Position numbers and translations under genes: made by a program
Shown: piece by piece, positions 43,253 through 56,255 of the stretch
Layout: each line of letters begins with the position of its first letter
How positions within the stretch are numbered: the first letter of the stretch is position 1
The notes under the pieces: generated by a model
Told to the model about the DNA's origin: nothing
The model's input: the letters and a program-made list of their open reading frames with translations, nothing else
Database searches by the model: none
NCBI GenBank assembly: GCA_021613535.1
Contig: CP075493.1
Span: 10,230,001-10,294,000, forward strand
Reading direction: 5' to 3'
Length of the DNA: 64,000 nucleotides
From: Adineta vaga
Lineage: Eukaryota > Animalia > Rotifera

Positions 43253-44027
43253 TCCTTCATTTCATTCCAAACTATGATCACAACAACTATCCATTGTTTC
43301 GTGCTTGCTCTCGCCAGGTAACATACATTTCGTGCTTTTAATTTTTAAAACATTAAACGATCTTTTATTGTAGCTTGACAGGTTTGATATTTGCTTTATT
43401 TTACAAATTTAGTTATTAATTTAGTTATTCCATAGTTCTAGTAAATTCTCACACATGTAACGACAAGTCTCCATATGATAAATGTTCGGCGAATAGTGCA
43501 TGTGGCTGTTTTCATCCGGTATAGCTTGGTAATGGTGATAGCTTTTGCGGTTTTCTCTATGTGACTTGTTCTGAACTTGTTTCGTGCGACATTTCAAATA
43601 GTAATTGCTATGAGTCTGAATATATTTGTGCTCATCATCCTTAATGTCATGATCGTCCTGTTTGTTACCCGTACTTAATGACTACTTCTGAAATCTGTCC
43701 ACCGATTACAAGTAAGCGAACAAAGAGCTGTCAATTAATTGATGTGAAACTGTAGTTTTCAATGAAAATCCGAATTTTCTTGAGCGCGCTGTAGGATAAA
43801 CTGAAATACAATCTTTGTTTCAGTCTCGTCGATCTGTAGGAACGTTCTTCTTTCAAACTGTTAAGACTTGACTTAAAAACCATATTTAATAACTTGTGCG
43901 CCGTTCTTGAATAACGATAAAAAATCTACTGAAAAGCTTCTTCATATGAATGTTCTCTTTTGATGATTAATGACAAACATTACAACAGCAACAACAACAA
44001 CTTCGACTACAAGCATCACAACGACAA
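43253..44027 (+). pseudogene. Decayed secreted Cys-rich protein with Thr-rich linker
   Basis: Reads CSANSACGCFHPV*..FCGFLYVTCSELVSC..CAHHP*CHDRPVCYP..ICPPIT with two in-frame stops; followed by TTATTTTSTTSITTT and a GT donor. Confidence 0.6.
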
Positions 44028-44363
44028 GTGAGTGTTTCAGTTTCTCCAAAAATTAGAGAAACTTTGAACTAATAAAACCTTTGTTTGAGCGATTTATTTC
44101 TTATTTTTATCGATAGAATCTTTACTTAAGAAAGACTTCTCCGCGAAGTCAAACTTTTCAGCAAGAATTAAAACTGAAATTCGCCATAAAAAATATACTA
44201 GTCTCCTCTTTCAGAATCTATGTTTCGGTCCAGATAATAGTCAATCAATATAGCTCATATAAACTGAAATGGAACTCTCATAAACTAGTTTCTGAATGAT
44301 TTACGGTGTCGATATGGCTCCAAAGATTGCAGAGATTCTACTTAAAAACTATATTCGCTAACG

Positions 44364-44726
44364 TCAGTTCAATTTCCGTTTTCTGTGATTTTGTAATCTA
44401 TTTTCGTTCCGTATATCAATCTACATTTCATCGTTCTTTTCTTCTTCTTCTTTTTTTTTAATGTCGACTGCTCAAATCTTGTTGATGGTATGCTTGATTG
44501 TTACATAACTATATATATATATAAATAAATGTCTAAGCAATAATATGCTTTGTTTTATAATTCAAAAAGCAAAGTAAAAAGACACAACAAAAAAAGAAGA
44601 ACACAGAAATGCTGTTTGGAATATCGTTTTAATCCTGTTTATTGGTGTTCGTCGAAAGTTTTGGTCGAGTTGCTGTTCGGAGCATTAAACGAACACCAAT
44701 GACACCTAGAAAAGAAAAGAAAAGAA
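44364..44726. repeat. Direct repeat copy B (functional last exon and 3' UTR of AGPAT)
   Basis: Near-identical to 33906-34287. Confidence 0.95.
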
Positions 44727-46336
44727 ATGTATTAGTATAAAATATTTATAATTAATTTTGATCGTTCAAAGAAATTACTAATCATTTTCGGAGTAAACAT
44801 TTCTCGATTCTAATTCATCGCTAGGGAGAGATTTACCTGCAATCACAATGAGAAAAAAAATCAATTGTGAAAAGATCGATGCTGTTAGAAGAAATTTGAT
44901 AAAGAGATAAATCGAAGGTAGACCAATGAAAATTAAACAACAGAGTTCAATAATTAAATCTTGTTTTCGACGATGTAAATTCGTAGCTTTTGGATTTCCA
45001 GCACCATCAAATGTTCCATGTTGAACAAAATAATCGAATATTTTATCCTTTAAAATTCGAAGACAACATTCAATAGACAATCACCAACAAGAATTACTTT
45101 TTCCTGAAAAAGTTTATGAATAAATTCTGCAGCTTTTTTCTCATCATCGTATGGAATTTCTGTAATAGGTATACGACGAATGAATGATTCAGCAAGACAA
45201 CGTTGACCAACTAACATATTTGATAATTCAGGTGATTGAGGTGTTTGAAAAGCAACATTTATATCATAAACGGCCGTAACTAATCAATAGATAGAACTGT
45301 ATTTAAAAATAAAGAATTGATTTGACATAAAAATTCTTACTGTGTTTATGAAGACCTCGTATTAGAAGAGCAAAACCTTTTGTTCGTGGTAGAATATGAT
45401 GTTTTAGTTCAGGTAGACCTTTTTCTCGTGCAACCTTCATGCTATCGAGGCGTTTTTCATTTGTATAACGAGTTCCTTCACATGAGAGAAATAACTAAAG
45501 TTTAAATATAGACAATTATTTGATCAAAGAAGAATAACCTACAGTAAAATTATAATTTTTTGGAAAATCCTCAACAAGTCGTTGCATATCACGTTCGAGA
45601 ACAGCTTTATCGGAATCCCATTGACGTCGTAAGAAGATTGATTCCGTAAAATACCAACACCAACCAATAATTGGTAAAGCACGAAGTGAGCTTTTACCAA
45701 GAATTTTCGAACCCTAATGAAAACACAAGACCAATAAAAAATAATTTCCGTTGTTAACAAAATTTGATTACTTACTCCAGCTAATCCAAGTCTCTGTGTA
45801 ATAACCCATCCAAGTAACCAATCGACTTCATAACGATGATTTCCAAGCCAAATTGCATTTTCTCGCCGGAGATTTTCTAAATCTTCCGGTTTAATATAAA
45901 CGACAATGTCGGAATTAGACCTAGATAATCAGAAAACAAAATCAATCAATCTTTTTCTTCTCTCTTCCCCTAAACAACAGATTTAACTGCAATATCAGAG
46001 AAAAATTTCTCTTCTGATTAATTATCGAATCGATAAGAAATAAAAACTTACCACCACTGATAGATAAATGTCAATGCTATGAATAGATCAGAAAGACAAA
46101 TTCGATGACATAAAAACGAAAAGAAAATACTTACGACTCCAAATAACTGTTGCTAAATGATAATTTATTTGTCGATATAATGCACGATTAAACGGCCAAA
46201 TAAAAAAGGCAGAAAGTAATTGAAGAAGATTCACAAATAGACCAGTTACAAGAAATACGTAACCGAGAAATAGTTGAACGATAATTAGTCCTTTAATTGG
46301 ATGTCTATACGATTGATTTTCGATCGATCCGGACAT
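44629..46336 (-). CDS. 1-acylglycerol-3-phosphate acyltransferase gamma/delta (AGPAT3/4-like), multi-exon
   Basis: Catalytic NHRYEVDW (NHX4D), CEGTRYT, LPELKHHILPRTKGF, AVYDINVAF, FIRRIPI; 25-nt microexon ~46052-46076. Confidence 0.9.
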
Positions 46337-48607
46337 CTAGAAGTAAAAAAAATGGAAGGAGAATTTTTACTCGTCAGTTCTCTAACGATAATCATCATTT
46401 TTTCTTCTTTTTCTTTTTCTTCATCGTCTTCTTCTTCTTTAGCTTTATCTAGATCCATTAAAGTATTACCTGATTCTTCTTTTCTATCTAGAACAGTAGA
46501 TGAAATAAAAGAATGTTACCCTTTGCTCTTTTTCTCGTCCTTTTCTCTGTCTCTTTTATGGTGAAGAGAATATTCGTCACTGTGATTATCCATGCGGCGA
46601 AAACTTAAGCTTTTGCGATGTATTAATAGAATAGAAAGAGAAAAAGAGTTTACATAACCATTAATTGTAAATAACATCGTCAGTAAAATGGTCGTAGTCA
46701 TAGAATGAGATCGAATAAAACAAACACGAACGTAGAAGAAGAACATCATACAGAGACATATCCGTTTCTGCTCATGTTTATTTCTAATTAGGATTACTAT
46801 TATTAGATTCTAGTTACCCATGCACCAAAAAAATAGAAAAAGAAAAAAACGACATCCTTGTTTTACTTAAATATAAAATAGAAATACAAAATGTGTCACG
46901 TGTGGTAGTTCGATCAGTGGTTACTATTTCTGTCGTTGTGTTTCTTGTATTTTTTTTTCAATTGCTTTTTAACTGCATACGCGTTTCTCGTTCTTTTTCC
47001 TCTGATTAGAAAAAAGAACAGAAAGGGAGAAAAAGAGCAAAAACACAACGACTACCTTGTAAATATGAATCAATGTAAAAAATAACACAATGAAGAATAT
47101 AATTTCTTTACATTGAGACGATCGTAATATTATTTACTGTAATTGAATTATATCTTTTAATCATTTGTCAATAGAAATATTAGAGTTAATGGGTCATTTA
47201 TTAGAATAGAAATTATACGCTTGAAAACTTTCCTTAATAGAAGAAATTTGTTTTTTCATTCTGTGACAAAAAAAACAATCTGTTACTTATCCTTTATGTA
47301 TAGACAATCGATAGATGCCGTTTGCAGTTATCGAAAGCTTTCTTTTGTTTCAAAACAAATCTAAAGACGAAAATCCTCTTGACAAAATCAATATCGGAAG
47401 CCATTTTGTTGACCTATTCGATTTCTAATTCAGTATCTTTGTTAGGAAGAGACACGGAAGCTGATCAAACACAATTGAAATTCATTTTCAATTGTCGACG
47501 AGTATATCTAATCAATTAAATGAAATACACACGCATGTAGGCGGGCAAGCACACACACATATACATATATATATGTACATCCCAATTACAAACAAATCAC
47601 GAATGAATGACAAAAAAAAGAGCATTTTTTTTCGTTCTTCTTCAATTCCAAAAGTTCAAGTATACATATAAAATAATTTGTCTCACAATGAAATTGTACA
47701 TTCAACGACCTTTGTTTCGAAAACGAGGAAAGAAAATTGTTATTAATTGGTGTATAAAAACTAATCAAATAGTTATATGCACTTGTTTCATCTTTTTTAA
47801 TATGTAAGTAAATGAGGGATGAAACGAGAGTTTAACCTGGTATTTTCATATCGATATGAAACAAAAGAGTAAACTTCTATATCTTTCATATTCATTTTCT
47901 CCTCGTTCAATATCCTTGTTATCTTATTTATTTGACGTCTGCTCATTCTCATAAATCAAATTCATATTGCTCACATACTAGACTAACTCGAATATATCCT
48001 CATCGACACTTGCTTTTCTTCATCATTTTTATAGGTTCCAATCATCAGTCCACCATCTGGTTAGAGACTCATCATCTTTATGTGTGTTTATCTAGACAAA
48101 TATTCTCTCATCATCATTGTCGATGAGAAAGGAATTCTTTTTTTTTTCAAATCATATCAATCACAACCATATGATTGATTCTTGACATAGACAACACTTC
48201 CGTACATTAGAATTTGTTTATACAACAAAGGAAAGATCTGGATATGATCAATGAACATATATACACACACATCGACGTCAGGTGTCTTAATTTCTCTTTT
48301 TCTTTCATTCTTTTTATTAGATCTTCATTTACATATCGATTCACTCATTTTCAATATGGTCGGTCGTTCGGTAAGTTTTCGTTTCGAACGTACTTATCAA
48401 ATTATTCAAGCAAAGTGTGTGTGTGTGTGTGTGTATGGCGGTGATAGTTTAAACATACAGTTATGTGTGAGATGATTCGTTTCAAAGAGAGCGAGTATTG
48501 ATTAACATATAAAGTTGTGACGAAGAATAATTTATGAGCGCGAAACATTTTCTTCCTACGATTTAGTTGTTTTTGTTTGGATATTATTTTCGCTAACGAA
48601 ATTATTA

Positions 48608-48889
48608 ATGACGAAACGAATACATCATAAAAGTACAGGTGCTGTTGGAAAGCAATCGATTGCTCATCGTAAATTTGTTTCTGAACAACATACACAACAG
48701 AAACAATCTTATCATACAAAGAAGAAGAGATCCAAGTCTCATTATCGCGGTCGATCGCATGCTGCCAAAAAAACAACAAAACGAATACGTCACCGATCAG
48801 TTCATCATAAACGTGGTAAACATCATCATGAGCATCAAACTTCAACAAACGAAAATGCTAATCAAGCGTTTATTGCCAAGACAGTTTAA
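48608..48889 (+). CDS. Small, very basic Lys/Arg/His-rich protein; true start may lie in an upstream exon
   Basis: 93-aa ORF, about 40% K+R+H and only 3 acidic residues; in-frame hydrophobic stretch VFVWILFSLTKLL follows an AG at ~48566. Confidence 0.45.
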   Translation: MTKRIHHKSTGAVGKQSIAHRKFVSEQHTQQKQSYHTKKKRSKSHYRGRSHAAKKTTKRIRHRSVHHKRGKHHHEHQTSTNENANQAFIAKTV

Positions 48890-49212
48890 CAGTTCATTAT
48901 GTTCATATAAAGACTAATTGATTTTTTGACCTTCCTTTTACTCGAACGAATCTTAATACAACTGTTCCTCTGAGCTCAATGTTGATAATGATAGACACAT
49001 ATTTTGAAATTTACACAACGAAAAAAGAGAGAGAGAGAAAGGGATAAAGAGTTATTCATCGTTCTATTTATTCATGCTTCCTAGTGATTGGATATCGCCT
49101 TTCGAAACTATTCTTTTTTGTTCGCTCTCCCTCTCTTTCTCTTCTCTCTCTCTCTCTCTTTGCATAAAAGAAAAGAAAACATAGATCAGAAAGTAAAATT
49201 CATCGGATTACT

Positions 49213-50924
49213 ATGTCAGCGATCACCGATCTCTCAAACAGAATAACAGAAAGACTTGTACATAATATTCCAACGGTGATTACTCAAAAAAAGAGTGTAA
49301 GTATCTAGATGATTGATTTATATTTTTTATCGAAAATATAAATTATTACATTGATAAGACCAGACAAGGTTCATATATCACTTATGAAATGAGTCTATTT
49401 TAATTAAATTAGAAAAGAAAGAGAAGACTAAGGAATGCAATGAAGTAGTGAATCGTGATGCTCCTATAATTTTTCAAGTGTACTACTCATTTCAAATAGA
49501 ATATTGATATATACCTGTATGTAGCATATTCAGACTCGATCTAATTTCACTATCTAAACAAACTGAATGAGTCGAATCATGAGCGTATGTGGAATTTTTA
49601 TATTTATTACCCTTGAGGAAAAGAAGATTGTATATTTGTTTTTCTGTTTCGATGCTCTTAGAACTGCCGCCATCGTTTTGATCAGACATGATGATAACTA
49701 AAATAACATCTATCGATTGTAAATCATTTATGCTTAATTTGTTCTGTAGAAAAAAAAACGAATGTAAACTTAAATTCAAGACAAATTCTAATCTTGTTCA
49801 TTTATTTTCTCTCTTCATAGCCAATGACTCTTCAACGACACGATATCAAAGAACGTTCAGATGCTGGATCCTATAATAAGACTATCATTGATCTCGATGA
49901 AATCATTGAAAAATGGGTAAGTTCGAAGGTAGAATACTAATTTACATATTGAAAGAGTAAATTTGTAAGTAACAGGTGTTCATTGTGTCAGATGGGTAGA
50001 CATAATTTTAATGTATAATGAAATAGCAATGAAAAAATTCATTGCATTTAGGTATGGAAAATGTGGGAGTTGTCAAAACGTAATCGTGAAGATTCTAAAT
50101 ATCGTCGTGAAGAACTCGATATAAAATTAAATTGGAAACGAGTCAATTTTTGGCAATCCGAAGCTACTTTTACTCGTTCTGCTCAATTACGTATGCCAAA
50201 ATCACAAATATTATTTAAGACGCATTTTTCTAATAATACGCATTGTGAACAAGAATATTCCTTACGTGCTGAACGATCAACAATAACAACATTAAATTTT
50301 ACATTTACACGTGGTTTTACCAAAGAAAAAGAAGGTTCAATTTCCTTTAAATTACCGAATGAAGTCCTCGAAGTTGGTGGTGGTCTTCGACATGAACAAC
50401 GCGTTGAATATGGAAAGGATTCAACTTTCGAAACACAAATGGTTTGGTCAGCAGATTCAGCTATACGTGTTGCACCACATTCAAAAGCGAATGCTGAGTA
50501 AGAATTTTCGTTTATTCTGATGAAAATCTCATCAATTTTCTTTTTTTTTTAAAGATTATGTATTACCGAAGAAGAATATTCGGCTGACTTTACTGTCGAA
50601 GTTCGATTTAGTGGTCGAATATCTGCTATGATTAGTACGCGAAATAATACAGGTGGTTACTATAAATATATGGAAGGTGATGTAGCAACAATTTTTGCTG
50701 ATGCATTACGTTCAGGAAATGTTGGCTTTAGTTCTGGTCAATTCGAAGTTAACGAACAAACTCAAACAGTTCGAACAGTCATGCTAGGTAAATGTGGATT
50801 TCGTTATGGTATTGAACAATATGTGAATGTTGAACAAGAAAAATTAGCTGATCTTTCGTCTACAATGACAAATGAACCACCACCAAAATATCGACCAGTA
50901 TTTTCATCACATAATCTTTCTTGA
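49213..50924 (+). CDS. Aerolysin/ETX-MTX2-fold (LIN-24-like) beta-pore-forming domain protein, 4 exons
   Basis: LFKTHFSNNTHCEQEYSLRAERSTITT..; amphipathic hairpin GSISFKLPNEVLEVGGGL; WSADSAIRVAPHSKANAELCITEEEY; GT-AG junctions join in frame. Confidence 0.72.
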
Positions 50925-51046
50925 AAATGAAGAGGAGCGAAGAAAAGAAAATCGATCTGCTTGTTTTACATAATTTATTGTTTGTATAAAGTTTTGATTA
51001 AAACCAAAAAAAAACTAACTATAATAAATTTCTTTGCGAATGATTT

Positions 51047-51679
51047 TTAATTATCAACAGTGAAATATGTAGCAGCAAGAAGTCCAAGACGATTATCGGT
51101 GACGTATTTCTGAAGAGGAAAACGAAGACGTTGTTCACTTTCAATTTTATCTTCAGGAATCTTTTCAATCGATTGATAGAGAAAGAAAATATATCGATGT
51201 GGACCAGAACCAGCTGGAGGTGCTGGTCCTTTGTATGAATCTAGCCAAAAGAAACAACAACGAAATAGGATACGAATAGAAAAATTGAAACAACTATTTA
51301 CATATTGTTTGACCATCTTTAAGATCTTTATCTTGAAAATTAGCAACAAGCCAATGAAGAACAGGACCTTTTACTGCATCATCACGACTTGGTGCATCTG
51401 GATCAACCATAATCTAAAGTATCGAACACTATGATTTAATCTTCAGATAAATAATGTGAATATCTTTACCAACGTTCGATACGTTTTATCGTCGACATTT
51501 TCTACTTCTACTTTGGGTTGTGATTGTGTTTCATCCTTTGTTAAATGATTATTTCCATCGAGAATATCTTGTTCATTATATTCAACAGAAAATTCTTGTT
51601 TACGTTTGTGACGATCACCTTCAATTTCATTTAGATTTTTAAGTACATAAGTAACGTCAGGACTAACAGTTGTACTCAT
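51047..51679 (-). CDS. Phosphatidylethanolamine-binding protein (PEBP/RKIP family), copy 1, 3 exons
   Basis: ETQSQPKV, MVDPDAPSR, LHWLVANF, YKGPAPPAGSGPHRYIFFLY. Confidence 0.9.
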
Positions 51680-51913
51680 GTTTAATTGTATAAAAAGATA
51701 GCAAATTATCTAAAGAACGGAGTAAAAAGTGTCAGTTCTCCGTACGTTTATATATTCAATTCAGATATGTTCGATAAGTGCATTTCACGCACTAAATACT
51801 CTCTCATTACCTGCAATGATTGATCTTACTTGAGAAAGACAAAAGGAAGAAAAACTAAAACTATGTACGAGACTAAATGTTTATGAATTGTATTGTTTTC
51901 TTTTTTCATAAAA

Positions 51914-52550
51914 TTAACCAATAACTGTATAGGATGTTGTAGCAACTAATTCCAATTGATGATCAGTTTCAAATGTTTTTAAATGAAATTGTTTGCGTTT
52001 GCCCGAGTCACTAACAGTAATCGATTGACCATGCTTTGAAAAATCATTTGTTGCTGATTTATAGACTAGGAATATATATTGATGTGGACCTGTACCCGAT
52101 GGTGGTGCTGGGCCTTGATAGTCGGCTAAAGATTTAAAATAAGAAATAGAATCAAATTTATATGTTTGAAAAGAGAATCATACCAAGTGTTTTACCACTA
52201 GTAACTTGATTTCCTTGAAATCCTGCTTGAATCCAATGTAACCAAGGACCACCACGTTCATTACCTCGTTGAGGAGCATCTGGATCTGCCATAATCTATC
52301 GAACAAAAAGTTTTCATGTATATTTTAAAACAGTAATAACTTGAAAATTTACTAAAGTTAAATGAGGTTTATTTAAATCATTGTCGATATTGATTTGTAC
52401 TTTGGGTTCAGTTTGAGTATCTGATTTTTTCAATTCATCACCATCTTGGAATGATTTATTATTATATTCAATTACTAATCGATCATGTTGTTGTTTTCCT
52501 CTATTATATTGTTGACGGAGATAATCAACATCTGAACTAATGTTTGCCAT
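51914..52550 (-). CDS. PEBP family protein, copy 2, 3 exons (start uncertain)
   Basis: DTQTEPKV, MADPDAPQR, WLHWIQAGF, YQGPAPPSGTGPHQYIFLVY. Confidence 0.88.
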
Positions 52551-53023
52551 ATTGATTTCCGAATCCAAATCAAATGTATGTATTGATTTACGTAGTTTCA
52601 AAAGAATAGGAAAAGAATGAATAACTATAGGAAAAAAGAACGAAAGAAAAGAAATATGACTAGATGGTGCACTTCGACGATGATTGAAATTTTAAAATGA
52701 AATTTTTTATACAATTTTTGTTAGTTAAAATCCTATTATTATTCAGATTCATTGATAAAATAAATCATCGCATAATTTATTGACGTAAAAATATGAATAA
52801 AAATGACATATATGAAATCTACTTTGAAAAAAAATAACATGTATAATTTTGACTAGTAATGATCACCTGATTTCTGTTGAACAGTGAACATTATTTTTGA
52901 AATAATACAGAGATATTTGTTAATATTGAAATGGCGAATGATTTTGTTAGAAATTCCTTGACAAATTTATAAACATCCAGAATATTTACATGGTTAATCA
53001 GTTGCAAATATTTTCAAAAAATA

Positions 53024-54121
53024 TTATAGACGAGTTGATATAGATTGTTGATCATCATCGATCGATTCATGTAACATCTGACTATTTGATCGTGGTTGTT
53101 GTTGTCGATTTTGACGTATCTCGAGTAGAACTTCGGCTAAGGCAGCTTCTAATGATTGACAGAGAAGTTCATTATCTGTATCATCAGAAAGAATTTGATC
53201 GTCGTCGATGTCAAAATCATTATCAATGAAAGTTGTCACTGATGACGATGTAAATACACCAGATTCTGATTGATAATCATGATTTCTATGTGTATTATGA
53301 TAAAAACGATTACGTGCTCGACGAAAAATATTGGATAAATATCGATCAGCATGATTAACTGCTGATAAACTAAAGAAAACTAGTAAAATATGACGTCAAA
53401 CTAATCAACGAACATACTCATCCGTACGATCATCGTCCGTTGATGTTTTTAACCAAGTATCAATAGGATTTTTATCTCGTTGTTGTAATGATGATGTTTT
53501 AATATGACCACGATGTTCGACAAGAGTTGAAATATTTCGAAATAAACGTAATCGTTTTGGCATCGGTTTTGTTTCTTCGAATTCTGAATGATCTTTTAAA
53601 TGCCATTCAAGAAATTCTTCTTTAGAAATTTGACCATCTTTATTTGTATCCATTGCATCAAATGCTTGATTATGGAATAAATGTTCTTTCATTCCAGTTT
53701 TCGATTGACCGAGAAATTGTGCAGCGATTTTCTTTCGTGAATTAAATTCTTCTCGTGTTATATAACCTTGATTATGTATATCAAAAAAATTGAACAAAGT
53801 TTCAATCGTCCGTAAACGATTGGCACCGGTTAGAGCCGATAACGCATAAAGATATTCATCGAAATCTAACACACCATCATGGTTTCGATCATAAATATCA
53901 AACATCATTGAGAAGAATTTTTTACGTTGTCGATAATGTTGTATGCTTTTCAAAGGAGATGTTTTCGATTGATCTAATTTTTGTAGAGATGACTTACGTA
54001 AAAATGCAAGGAATTTTCGTTTTGAACAAAATCCATTTGGGCAATCACGCATAAATGTTTTACGAGCAAACTGTGTATCATTTTCTGAGAAACCTGCTTC
54101 ACCATCGTTTATTAAAGACAT
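53024..54121 (-). CDS. EF-hand calcium-binding protein, neuronal calcium sensor-like, with acidic C-terminal tail; 2 exons
   Basis: FMRDCPNG; EF loops DRNHDGVLDFDE, DIHNQGYITREE, DTNKDGQISKEE. Confidence 0.82.
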
Positions 54122-54734
54122 ATTGTTTTCTCGATGACAGGATGAGAATTATTATAAATGCAATAAAGTTATTTCAATATATATTTATATATATATATAT
54201 AATTTGAAAAAAAACAACTAAACATCGTAATGTATATTTTTTTATATTTTCTTTCTGATTTGTTTTGATATCAGATAAAAATAAGTGAAGCGAGAAGCTG
54301 CATTCTCATAGTAAATGATTGTATCTTTTTTCCATATTGTTTATTTTCCTGTTATTACATTATACGCGTGGTTTTCGTATGATTGTCGACTATTTTATTT
54401 TCTAACGTCATATTATAATGAAAGAAAACAACGTACATTAACCAAGGTGTACACGAACCAACACGAACATGTTCCTACTCGAAACAAATGTGTCATAGGA
54501 TATTAGATTCTTGTTTTCGATTCCTTTTATGTGAAGTATTCTATAGCGTCTTGACGATGTTTGTTCATTGATCTTCACCTCTCACTATTTGTTCGTATTC
54601 AATTTCTATCAGACAAATACATCTGAAGTTGTATTCGTCTGTTCGAATGATGAAGTTTTTGTTAAATATTCACTAAAATTAATTGCATACCAAAAGAAAT
54701 AAACAACAATGAACATTCATTATAAAATGCATCT

Positions 54735-55089
54735 ATATTTCATTCTCATAATCATATATCTTTCTTTCCGTATTCAACTACATACATACATACATACATA
54801 CAATCGCAGATGCTACAATAGTTACCCTATATTTATAACAAACCTTGACCATCTATATCCATTTTTCAAAGAAAAGAAAAAGAACCATCTCATACTGAAT
54901 ATTGACATGTATATTTGTACATATATGAGCTCATCTATACACCATCAGTAAACATTACCTCGTGTGCACAACTACCATACACACACACACACGCATATAT
55001 ATATATATATATATATACATTCATTCATATGTGAACGTGATTCTTATTGAGTATTCGGTTCTCTTTTTCGCATCACAATTTTATAATAT

Positions 55090-55123
<34 letters not shown>

Positions 55124-55259
55124 CTTTCAATGTTCAAATGACATGGCTCAAGGTATAACCATTACCACTTTGAAACTTAAGCATTTTTCAATACCTCCCT
55201 CTTTTCGTTCCAGTTTCTATGTCTAATGACCATCATCATTTGTTTCAATCAATGACTGA
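54735..55259. repeat. Segment duplicated at 63483-64000 (upstream region and start of the single-pass membrane gene)
   Basis: Near-identical sequence, differing mostly in CA/TA/CT/CAT microsatellite lengths. Confidence 0.95.
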
Positions 55260-56092
55260 CTTTTCTCTCTTCGATACGTATCTTGTGTATGCTTTGATTG
55301 GTACATTAATATTTATCGCATTCATCGGTGTATTAGTACTGCTAGCAGTATCATATTGTTGTTTGTACAGTTATTTTTGTTGCTATCGACGTCATCGTCA
55401 TTCGTCATATCAATTAAATGATAAAGTTCATCATGAGCGTGACAATCGAGAAAACAAGTCATGTTTACAATTATATGAAACATATCCATATCTAGTCAAT
55501 CAATATCCATTGAAAAACCACCATATCAGTACGAGTTATACAACAATCAACACAATTGGTAATGCTAGTTTAGTTCGTACCTCCTCTTCTCAATCAGGTA
55601 TGTTCAAAGATGAAACGAAGAAGAAGAAGAGACATGATATTGAATATTGAAATGAGAATGTTTTATTGTTTAGATTATGTGAAAACAGCAAATCATCATT
55701 ATGAAGTTTCTCGTTGGTCAACTCCATTCAATGAGTCGCGTTCAACAGTAGAAATAGATTCGAATGATGCTAGACTTTCTCCTTGCGCCAATATCTATGA
55801 AACAGTAGTTCCGATCAAGAATGCTTCTTGTTCTGTAGATCGTACTACGCCTATCTATGAAACAGAATGGACACACAATTTGAAGCAGCTGATCATGCCA
55901 CGAAAGCCATCATTTGAGGTTGTACCTATATCGACAATATCATGTGGATCAGTGCCTGATACTCATTATTTTCCACAACAACAACAACATCCGTATGACA
56001 AAGTTTTATCAGCTCGTGCAAAAGCATCTGATTCGATGCGACGAAATAAGATGCTGAAACGACTGAGAGACGATGCTGCTTTTTTGTATTAA
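55219..56092 (+). CDS. Uncharacterised single-pass membrane protein with Tyr-motif cytoplasmic tail; intron ~55598-55673
   Basis: TM YALIGTLIFIAFIGVLVLLAVSY followed by a Cys cluster and basic residues; repeated YET/YEV motifs. Confidence 0.6.
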
Positions 56093-56255
56093 CAGTTCAT
56101 TTAATTTTCAAGTTTTTCTTTCTTTCTTTCAATATTTACTGCTGATTGAACTAAATGAAAACCTTGAAAATGATTTATTTGAATAAAAAAAAAAGCACAA
56201 GTGGTTTTATTATAATATAGAAGCGAAGAAAGTTCATTGAAAGGCAGTTTTTTAA

